Translations under genes and position numbers: made by a program
Source of the DNA: Balanoglossus misakiensis
Lineage: Eukaryota > Animalia > Hemichordata
DNA: 64,000 bases
Reading direction: 5' to 3'
Assembly (NCBI GenBank): GCA_040954595.2
Contig: CM082579.2
Location: 6,623,625-6,687,624, forward strand
The notes under the pieces: model-generated
Database searches by the model: none
The model's input: only the letters and a program-made list of their open reading frames with translations
What the model was told of the DNA's origin: nothing
In this document: one piece after another, positions 26,201 through 37,278 of the stretch
Layout: each line of letters begins with the position of its first letter
Position numbering within the stretch: position 1 is the first letter of the stretch

Positions 26201-27763
26201 AAAAGGGCTAAAATATATACTTGCTTGTGAATTGACATTTCAAGTGTTGTGGTATACAGAAACGTGCAGAATTGATATCGTATTGATTAAAAGAGTATTG
26301 TATTTGTATGTTATTTATTCCACACATGTATCATGGCAAATTGTGATTGAAGCTATAGGCTGACTGTAACATTGATGAACATCTTTGTTTCCATGGCACC
26401 CCAATTACCCTCCCTCTTTCCCTGACAAAAGTTCATTGATCGCTATTTCAAGAACGATCACCCCGAATAGGTCACGATTAAAAGGCGCATTTAGAGTGGC
26501 AAGGACGCACTGGGGTAAATATCAGCCGATGAATGGCTACACACACCTCCAGTAGTAATTGAAGAGCTTTACTACTCTACACAAAGATGGATCGCATTGC
26601 ATGTCAGTGCTATTAGTATAGAGACTGGGCTTTCTTGACTGACTCAATCACGGTATTCATTTGCGAGCCGGGCCCGGCTGGGCAAGGCTGTGTGGGTTTA
26701 GCATTCTGACGGCAGCTTTCAGCTGACGCTCTGTAGCCACCGGTAGTTAAGCATTAAGCGGTTACTGGAGAAAAAATCCTCGAAAATTGAGATCGATGGG
26801 ACATTGCAGGTAATTGGCTTTTCAAGGGTATCAATCTATATATGGTAGTGCATAGCAACCAAGTGTTTCACAAGGCCCCTATTTAACAAGAGGAGTTCAA
26901 TAAATGAAAACAGAAAATCAGCGAATGTACAGTAGTAACAGGCAATTTTGATTTCAAGTTAATTTGAATAATAAATCAATACATAATTCACACAAAGACT
27001 ATAAATATAATCACAAAAGCAGAAACGTTGAATGCTTTTCATATTTCAAAAAAACTGTATCTTAAATATAGCACTTACACTTACAAAGAGAAGTGTTGAC
27101 AGAATAAAAGTGTTTTTCCCTTGTAGAACTTACTATTCAGAAGATCAAAGCAGAACTTTAATTTAAAAGGCAATTGGTACAAAGAGATACTGGACAAAGA
27201 TCCCCCCCCCCAACAGCAAGTCTTTGAGGATGTACATCTCTCTGTACACGAAAATGCTACTTACATGTAAGTAGCTGTGATGACTGGCGGCAAGTGCAAA
27301 CAATTCAAGTATGAATGATGTTCTTTGCAAACAACTACCTTGTTGCTACAAGCTTCCATATATATATAATTCTCTACTTACATGTATGTACATAAGACAT
27401 GTATGTGCTTTACTGAAAATGAACGGATTAAATTTAAATAGCACATTCGCTATATGTGTATCTTTAAAATTCACGGAATAGGCTGTTTGTATAGGAAAGA
27501 AAATCCTGAACTTGTTTTTTTTTTCATTCTCATTATAAACAATACATTTATTAAAACAAATAGAAAAAGAAAATCACTCTATGAATTTTCCATTATAACT
27601 CACCAATGTCAGCCACTAAGCTGCCTGGGTCCAGCTCCAGAAGAAATTGCTTCACCCTTGGCCATGCCTTGTATCTGGTGTCACTGAAGTGCGGGGCAAT
27701 CTTCTCATAGACATCATGAACATGGGCCTTCTCCAAGGCGACAGACTTGGCTTGACGATCCAT
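20218..27763 (-). CDS. TRMT9B: Probable tRNA methyltransferase 9B (KIAA1456/Trm9-like class I SAM methyltransferase), 887 aa
   Basis: Exons (minus) 27763-27604, 22995-22700, 22577-22517, 22364-20218 (2664 nt). Peptides LEKAHVHDVYEKIAPHFSDTRYKAWPRVKQFL, VADIGCGNGRYL (motif I), LPYRDNCFDAVISIAVIHHFATVERR, LRPGGKLMVYVWAMEQ, DVLVPWH, FKRYYHVFKESEL, YYDHANWCVVAEK. No RRM or AlkB domain upstream, so TRMT9B rather than ALKBH8. Confidence 0.93.
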
Positions 27764-30700
27764 CAATCCAACCCCGTAGCAACCGCGCACATCTAAACAT
27801 GCTGACTTTGCATAGGAGTTGACATTTCATCTGTGAATAGGTTCTTCGTTCATCTGGGGTGTACAAATTAAACAAAGCGCGTGTGATCAGTCAAAGAAGT
27901 CAGAGAGCAGACTTCTTAGTGTGACCACAGCGCAGTGTGTTATGAGACATCTCAGCAGTCACATGGGATCGCATATATTTGCATACATAAAGACAAGCAA
28001 AATGATTGGTCAACAGTTTGAAACCGTGTTTGAATTGAACGGGCCACAGACTGCATGTAAAAATAGGTACATGTACACATATGCAGCCGGCAAAATTCTA
28101 CACAGACATCCGTAATTAGTCAGAATTGAGATCTGCTAGGAGACAGCATTATACAAGCTTCTCTTAAACTTCAAAGGGAGAGCTGCTGAATTTTGTTGAC
28201 AGAGACTTTACAAGGATGGAACATTATACTGCACTATCATGGAAATACTACATGTATACCGTATCATGGCAAGCAAGGATTTCAGCCCATTTTATCGTAA
28301 GAGGTTCAACTGAGGGACTGTTTAATAAAAGTATCGTTTTTCATCATGTGTTTAATAGATAGCCATGATACAATACTACCCAGGTACATGATTGGTTACA
28401 GTGTACATCACCCATTATATCTTTTTCTCGGGACTATGAGTCAACCTAGCATGGTACCATGATATTTGCTGAAATGCTCAAACTTAGCACTTTTATTTGT
28501 AACCATCAATATTGGCATCCCCGTGGATATGTGACTGATGTGATACCCAGTGGGCAGGCATGAAACGCATCCTTATCCTCCTCAGGACTTTGAGTCACCC
28601 TAAAAAACATCTATTTAGAGAAACTCCAGAAATACACGGCTTCAGATTGACTCACCACTGCTGAATGGAACATATGGAAGCAGGTTACCTGATGGTCAGT
28701 CACAATGTATTTTACATGTACATGTACGTACATGTTGATTGTGAAGTCATAAATCTTAAAGTTAAAAACACCCAGACTTTTGTCTTCGATTTATAAATTT
28801 ATAAACGGATCTTGTCGTTTTGACAACATGCCCAGAATATTACAATGCGCTCATTTGATAAAAAGCCTCGAAGAAATTAACACTATATCCAAACAGCATA
28901 TATTCCCCTATGACAAGAGGTGATTAATTGCAAGTTCCTGTTACATCCCTCAGGCAATGCAGAGTATTATACAAGGACATCAAAATCAGCTCTCAGAACA
29001 TCAGTTCTAATTCTATAGATGACACTTCCTTTTCATAAGAAAAGACAAGAGGATTATAATGCATTACTTTTCACATATATCACACCACAAAACAATCATG
29101 ACAGATATTGATAAACTAACTGTCTTGTATCTCAACGTTAGCGTAATGACCCTGGATGTACATGTACATGTAAACTGCTAACTAGTGCTACAGCTGACTG
29201 TGGAAATGATCAGACTCTTTCAGGATGTGTACATATCATGGGAATAACTATAAATTATGAACCACGAATTATAGCCTGAGAAAATTACAGGAAGGAAAGC
29301 CAGATGTTATTTTTAAGCATTGAAGTGAAATTTACAAAGCACATGTGATAACTGTGAAAGTTCTATCCAAACGCCTTGAACCCAACAAAGAAATAGAAGT
29401 TACCTATGTATAAACCTGTTGGTTTGCTTGTATATTGATTACATGATATTAACAAAATAGACTATTTCATTTCGTAACTCCACATTTACATTCCAAAATA
29501 AAAGATAATACTGTATGTATAGTAAAATGGCGATCCACCATTAGTGGCAATACTCACTTACTGATGATTATGACTTGCGATGTCCCAAGAAAGGAATGAA
29601 TACCTATCCGAATTATATAAATGTGTGCAGAGTAACAGAAGCACCACACACAGACGATATCTTAAGATCATCCAACTGTGTAGCATCAATAGGTTAGGTG
29701 TAGGCAGTACAAAATGCACACTGGTTGCTCTGAAGAATACTTCTAAGAGTGTATTTGGTACTATCAATAGGCTCATGCATGAATGCATGTATTGAACATT
29801 CAGCTGCTTGAAAAAGAATGACCCAGGTGAAGGTTTAAGAGTTTGGCCGAGGCCGTGACCACTGCTGCCCCCTTTGAACAGAAACCCCCCAAAACTAACT
29901 ACCGGTAAGTACAGTACATCACAACATGTATACATGACAAAAGCTTCTACGGCCATAATGACCTTTCAGCTTTGTACTTGCCTTCACCCACCAGACAACA
30001 ATTCATGTGGCCATGTACTGCCAGCCTTGAGATTTCCTTTATCTATGCCAGCCTTAAGACTGAGTTCCTCCTGTATCCTACCATCACATGTTCTTCACTC
30101 ATAAATGATAAATGTCTTCGGCACAATCACACCTAGATGGAATCTGACTACCTATGGTCGCCTCTCCTTCTCTGCAGCAGCTCCTGTACTTTGCAACTCT
30201 TTACCCTTGGACAAACCTCTCCTATATCAGTCAACACTTAAAAAAAACTCCACAAGTCGATCCATGCAAATCTGATTGAATTTGAAAAAAATGAACTATC
30301 CAACACTTGAAAACATTACATCGGCAACAATTCTCAAGAGGCTTTACAGATTATGAAAGTAGGGTCAGGAAAACAGGTTGCATCTGACTGCACGATTATA
30401 TCTCCCGTGATAGTGTTGTTTGTCACACAGCAATTTTTTTTCAAGATTATCAGCAGAAGTACCTTGTAACCATGGAAATCTGATCAAATACTTGACACAA
30501 ACAGAATCTCCTTTTTATATATCTACCTACCAAAGTATTCATAATTCCTCCTGCACATTTTCGGATTACTTTAAATATTTGACAACTGCATAAACTCCTC
30601 GCTGGGCTAGTTGTTAAACTACTTCTCTGCAACCTTGGAAGTCAAGTGTGAATAATTTACAATAAACATCTTCAAGACCCTTCCACTTGTGGAGGTTTTT

Positions 30701-31205
30701 ATCTCACTTCTGTGTACATGTTCTCGCAATGAAAGTGAGGCAGCACGCACAGCCGAACAGTTAATATTTGCTGGTAATTTGATTTTATGCAACAACTGTT
30801 CACACTGAATGCTTCCTCGCACACTATTGTAGGATCACTAATCCAACACATGTGGCTTTATTCCTACTGACAGATGTGCATGCATAGTACACGTACGGTA
30901 TTAATATAGACATCATTTTATGATTATCATAAAATGATATAGGCTTAAAATATTAACAAAGCCCATGCTATAATAAATTATATTTTCTGTTGCAATATGG
31001 AAAAGCAGACCTTTACCTGAACCATTTCGAACGGCAAAAGCGCATCAGCAGGGAAATTAACAGGTTACATGCATACTGAATATTCCATTATGCAACACAG
31101 ATGAATTCATATTAAAATTAAGAGCTATGAATAATGAAAAACAAGACAAACTGAATATTACAAACAACAGCGGAACATGTCCCAAAGTCTGAAAAGTCTA
31201 CATAT

Positions 31206-31357
31206 CAGTGTTCTCCCCAGAACAATTAAAGAGTTTTGGTGCCGCTACCCTTTATTTTGGACAAAACAATAGAAACTCATAATCATAACAATTGATTATA
31301 CTGTTATGCAAATTAGTTGATACTCTATCAGAAATTCCTATGTTGTGGAGAACACTG
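31206..31357. mobile_element. Small non-autonomous DNA transposon remnant with hAT-like termini
   Basis: 11-bp TIR CAGTGTTCTCC...GGAGAACACTG; CATAT flanks both sides (only 5 bp match, the expected 8-bp hAT TSD is not intact). Confidence 0.55.
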
Positions 31358-33281
31358 CATATATTTGCAAAACATGAATACCACACCAATCTGCTTACTT
31401 GAAAGTTACTGAGCATTACACTTTATGAATGAGTCTGCATACATGAGTGCACAAATCCTTCACAATTGCAGCAATCATAAAGGCATCATCACTGCAACAG
31501 CTTATGGAAATTAATTTCTATTAAAGGCAGCCATCACTTGTACTGGTCGGTGTTGGTCCGAGTAGAGGACATTGCCGTTATTAATAAATGCTTACAATTG
31601 AATACCCAACTTTGCCAATACTAATGTGTGAAAAGTGATCCTGCTCTGCTTCAGAAAAACATTTTAAATTTGTTTTCAAAATGAAAGAATGAACAGTAAA
31701 ATATTGTACACTCAATTCAAATTATTGGATGTTTTATACTATAGACACCATATTTGATGAGCTTAAAATTGACAATTAAATGGATTAATACTTTTCACCC
31801 ACATGAAGTTCTCAATCTTTTAAGGGGATTAAGTATTCTAAAAAGAGCAATCTCACAGAGACTCAAAGTAATGCAGATTCTGGGAACTCTACAAGTACAA
31901 CTATACTGCTGTGCTGACAATATTTCATGGTTTTTCTGTTATGACCTTGCAGTCACTGCCTGTCCCATTGTATGTGATGTAAACAATTAAATGAATATGA
32001 TAAATGGAGCCACCTACTACACAGCCCAGTTTTTACACTACCTATCAATGGCTATTCTGCAAAAGTACAATGGGATTATAAATGGACCATTTAAAGCACA
32101 GGAAATTCATTTTTACGGCGACACTAGATTTTTTTTCAATTGTCATTTTTTTTTCTTTTTCGCATGATTTGTCCTAACTACTAGATCTGAGAGATTACAA
32201 TGCTGTAAACATCCACCATACAAGGGTGTGAGATGCACATTAAAAAATCAAAACAGGATAATCTTTCTGTTTACATGTTAGACAATGTACTGTACATGTA
32301 TTGGACATTAAATTTTCATTTTCATTCTACTGGTTGAAAACACTATGACTATGAGTTACTTTACTTTTAATACCCCTCCCCCCATTTTGTTATGATTATT
32401 GATAATCATGGCATATATCGTATATTGTTCTACAAATAAATATAAATATTAAAGTGAAGTATTCATGTGTAGCAATTATTAGGCAGAGTTGACACCTGTA
32501 CTATACATGTCATGATATTAACATGATATATTAATACAAAATAATTTAACCTACCTGTTGATTTTAAAATGTATGAAGTATTATGCATATTTTTTATTCT
32601 AATCTTTATTACCATTGACATAATTACTATTATGAAATTATAATTTGTGTCTTTAATGATAGGTACCAGTAACATAATTTTATCACTTTACAATATTTTC
32701 AATGGGTGTGAGGGATTAAAACAAATACTTGCGCTTCAGTTATAAACATTTGAATCACCTACTGAGTGGTAGGGAAAAGTTACAGGTACTGAGTCTGTAA
32801 ATTACCGTATGTGATCATGACCCACTGTGCAGTGTGCTCACATAACTTCTTTTGTTATTTTATAATCCACAAATGACCCTGCAGTTATTATTATTTAGCT
32901 AAACTGTACATCATCTGGACAGCACTATGTCGATTTCTAAATCCGATATTAACATCCCCCTGAAAGTGCACTACTGCAAGGAAAGCGTGCGAAATATTCC
33001 CAGAAATGAGATAAAAAAGGGTCTTCTTATGCACTTGTCTAATTTTATCCATGGCAATATTGCCAGGCTACATAAACAAGTAAATTGTGCACGCTCGTTC
33101 GGATGCGATGCAGACGACAAAAGATGATACTGATAGTGTTACCCGGCCAGGTCAAATTTGTAATAGACAAAGACTGATTAAACCAGAATGCACACGTGTG
33201 CCGGGTACTAACGACCGGGCCCCCGAAAAAGCGGAAAGCCTTTCTGGGGTGCCACATAATGTGTTGGTTTAACAGGCCTAC

Positions 33282-33787
33282 CTTTCTTGGAGATCCACAA
33301 CCCGACGACTCTATCCTTCAGTAGTTCTCATCTCTCCGATGCCGATTACCAGGCCAGGATGAAGATGAGGAGTAGAGCCTAACAACTCAACATTGACTTT
33401 TGCAACATCCGCTATTCAAAATGTAATCCCGATGGGTTAATCAATCAAAATAAACATTTCGAGATTTTTAAAAATACTTTTTAGCAATTTAAACCCTGCT
33501 AACTACAAAAGGTCTTCTTCTAAAGAAAAGCAAGTCAGTATTCTTCCCTCTATAGGTTTACGCGGAATGATATCATCGACCGATCAATCAACTTTCGCCT
33601 TCTTGCAGGAAAACATCAGATATATGAATATTGTGGTCATTCCCATGTTTTACTAGCGGACAAGCGAAATTGTTCACGAATTAAATGAGTTGATCGGTTT
33701 CTTTTTATAAATAAACTATTTAATATCGCACTTTTACTCTGCTGTAGTATTCGATGACCTATGCCCTTTGACCTGTGACCTCTCAAG
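33282..33787. promoter_or_regulatory. Divergent promoter region of TRMT9B (candidate non-coding exon ending at 33282, minus) and LIAS (plus)
   Basis: Minus-strand AAG|GTAGG donor at 33282/33281 that could join the acceptor at 27854; locally CpG-retaining; TGACCT array at 33755-33781; CAAGATGGCAGCC start context of LIAS. Confidence 0.5.
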
Positions 33788-36700
33788 ATGGCAGCCGTCG
33801 TCAAACCTTACGCAACTGTTGTTGCCCTGATAAATCGGGGAACCAGGCCGAATTCGGTTGTTTCGTTGTCCCGGTGTGTACAGCAGGTAAGATAAAGTGA
33901 ACATTTGTTGATTTATAAGTTTTTCCTCTCCTAACATTTTGTTGATTGCTGCGAGTCCGTAACGACGTACATTAGACTAGTCATTACATGTACTGGTACT
34001 GACACAGATTCAAATGTGTTTCATTCCATCTGAACAGGGCAGAGGTCCATGTTGTTTCCAGTCAAATCGACAGTATGCATCTCTCACCAAGGAACAGAAG
34101 GAAAAACTATCAGAAGGGCCAGACTTGGCTGATTTCATCTCAGGCAGTGTAGACGCCAGTACCACGTACGCAGGAAAGCTAAAGCTAGAACCAGGCGTTA
34201 AGAGGTTACGCCTTCCACCATGGCTGAAGACGGAAATCCCAATGGGCAAGAATTACAGCCAACTGAAGAAACAGCTGAGGAGCCTAAAACTACACACTGT
34301 AGGTTGAGTAGCCTCTTTGGCCTGGCTCCAGTTGCATGGTCAAAGGCTACACAAAAAATGTCCACGTCTTGGCAAACAGGGATATGGGGGGGGGGGGGGG
34401 TATATGATATACTGTCTGTGGTACATCCGTGACCTGAGTGACTAACTCATATTCTGTTTAGCACCAGTGCTGATGTGATTAGAATGTTTGGATTGATTTA
34501 GTGGTTCTCAAGCCAGATCATTGAGAAACTTTCTCTACACCACAAAGCAGCTGTTTCCCTATCTGACTGTTCTCAGGTGTGTGAAGAAGCGAGGTGCCCA
34601 AACATTGGTGAGTGTTGGGGAGGCGGAGAGCACGAAACAGCAACTGCTACTATCATGGTGAGTACATCATTCATGCGATTCAACTGACCCCACAAACACC
34701 ATTCTAAAATCATAATTTGTGTCATTCTATGAACATTTAGTACTGTGTATGCACATGTACAGTAACATGCCACTTTGTCTAACTCTGCGTGGCGTAGGTC
34801 CTCGGTGATACCTGCACGAGGGGTTGCAGATTTTGTTCGGTGAAGACATCGCGTGCCCCACCCCCACCAGACCCAGATGAACCAGTGAATACGGCTGTGG
34901 CGATCGCAAGCTGGGGATTGGACTATGTTGTGTTGACCTCTGTGGACAGAGATGGTAAATAGGATTTATTGGGCTTGGGCTTGCGTAAAATGGCTTTTAG
35001 AAAATACATGATGTTGTGAGTGATTTTAATGCAAAGTGAAATTCCATCACCAACCAACATGTGTATGTGTTGTTTTTCACAGACATCAAAGATGGTGGGG
35101 CTTCGCATTTTGCGCAGACTGTGATTGAAGTCAAGAAAAGGTAAAATGTCTGTTTTTTATCGCAAACCTGTCACTGCAGTCATGAATAAACATACCGTAG
35201 TTTGCCGGGTAAGAGCCCCGGGTGCTGGGCCAACAGATTAGCGAAAAAACAGGGGGGGGCTTTAGCCCGGATATGGCCTCGAGATTTATGCAAATGAGGG
35301 ATGGCCACCTCGACTTTTATGCAAATTTTTGAGTGGTTCATTCTCCGAGTCCAAGTCGGGATCTTCCAATGTTGGGTGTTTCGCGTCGAGGACGGACTGA
35401 AGCAGCTCCACGCGGCCGCTTTGGAAAGCTCCCCGGTGACCTCACACGCGGCAGGCACGGTCCCGAGGGACCTGTCTGAGGTCATGTTTTCTAGAGCGGC
35501 TATATATAACTCAGCGTGGCCAGTCGGCCGCGGTGGGTACGATAATCAGCGCGAAAGTAAATCATCATACATTTTTTTTTTTCACTTTTAGTGACTTTGG
35601 GGATGAAAATCCGCCTTTTTTGCATTGCACTTTATTAAATTTCCAAGAATTTAATGGATATTCGGCCGGGGGGGGGGGGGGGGGGGGGGGGGGTTGGGGC
35701 TTTAGACCGGATATGGCCTCGATCTACAAATGGGCCCTAAAACCAGGGGGGGCGTTTGTCCGAGCAGGGGTTCTTACCCGGGCAACTACGGTATTATACA
35801 AATATGTAGTACGATTTGATTGTCGGTCACTCTCTCACTGAAGTCATTGTCATTGGTGCTAACATTCCCGATGCTGTATCCATCTGTAGAAATCCTGCAA
35901 TATTAGTGGAATGTCTGACTCCCGATTTCCGTGGCGACATGGATGCCGTGGCAACAGTTGCCAGATCTGGATTGAATGTCTACGCTCACAATGTGGAGAC
36001 AGTGGAGGCCCTTCAAAGGTGAGAAAGGAGAGAGATCAGACCCACGGTAGTCTAGCGTCTAACCAAGCATTCTGAGGATGAACAGCAATGTCACATGAAA
36101 GAATACAGTGACATTTACTCACGAAACAGGAAAAAACTGCTGCATGACCTTGCGAAAAGAGAACGGAATATATTTCAGAGGAAGGATATAAACACTCTGG
36201 TTTTATGTTTTTGCTAGGTTTGTTCGTGACCCCAGGGCGAATTATAAACAGTCTTTGAGTGTGCTGGAACATGTGAAGAAAGTTGTTCCGTCAATGATCA
36301 CCAAGACTTCAATAATGCTCGGCCTCGGTGAAACTGATGAAGAAGTCCTTCAAACTATGAAAGGTAGGGCATGTTCAAAAATGATAATATGGTTGAATGT
36401 TCATTCACTACATATCCAGATGTACATAAACATAAACGGTATCTTGTATCTAACATAAATAATGGAAAAAGGGCAGCGAGAGTGAGAGACTTTGTCCCTT
36501 TAATCACTGAACAAGGGTTTTGATTCTGTGTGAAATGAGAAAACACAGGCAAGAGTACACGAAAGACCACCCACGATGAAGATGACAAACAGGCAGAAAA
36601 CTTATAAGTATCCATACTGTACTCTTAGCAGTGGAACATAAATAACCCAGGAAGCCCTATCAAAGTCATCAGTAAATTACATACGTTAATTGAAAAACCT

Positions 36701-37278
36701 TAGACAAACAGAAAAATGTACCTTTCTGTCTGTTTTTCCCCCTCAGATTTACGTGCCATCGACGTGGACTGCGTGACGCTAGGCCAATACATGCAGCCCA
36801 CCAAGAGACACCTGAAAGTCAAGGAGTATGTGACACCAGAGAAATTTCAACACTGGGAGAAGACGGCCAACGAGCTAGGATTTGCCTATGCCGCCAGTGG
36901 GCCTTTAGTCCGGTCATCGTACAAAGCAGGTGAATATATTGGCTGGTGTACTTTTGTCAGTCTTTCACAAAAGGAAGAGAAGTTTCAGCTGCAGGTGGAA
37001 CAAAAATGTCACTTTTTTGTGGTGGGTTTACAATCCTGTCCATGCAAAAACAAATACATTTCAAATGTTACCGTTGGTGGCGCTAGCATAGCCCGCTTCT
37101 GTTAACAGATGATGCGTTGAGTCGTGCCTCAGTAGGAATGTATTGCATTCGTGTCTTCTTTGTAAACAATGTTAACAATATGTTGCTGTTCTGTACCATT
37201 GCAGGTGAATTCTACATCACAAATATGCTGAAGAAGAAAGAAAGGGACAGCACATCTCAAAGCACAGAACAGTCATAG
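33788..37278 (+). CDS. LIAS: Lipoyl synthase, mitochondrial (radical SAM), 395 aa
   Basis: Exons 33788-33886, 34038-34298, 34577-34657, 34798-34954, 35083-35140, 35890-36018, 36218-36363, 36747-36929, 37205-37278 (1188 nt, ends TAG). Motifs [25 protein letters not shown] (auxiliary cluster CX4CX5C), CTRGCRFC (CX3CX2C), [43 protein letters not shown]; N-terminus resembles a transit peptide. AATAAA at 37623-37628. Confidence 0.97.
35195..35791. mobile_element. Tc1/mariner-superfamily (pogo/Tigger-like) MITE in a LIAS intron
   Basis: Imperfect TIRs CCGTAGTTTGCCGGGTAAGAGCCCC ... GGGGTTCTTACCCGGGCAACTACGG with TA at 35193-35194 and 35792-35793; subterminal repeat GGGGCTTTAG(C/A)CCGGATATGGCCTCGA occurs twice; no transposase ORF. 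Confidence 0.85.

Noticed and set aside
20218-27763. ALKBH8 as the identity of the methyltransferase
   Set aside because: No RRM or AlkB exons upstream and an in-frame stop before the start; the internal insert is typical of TRMT9B.
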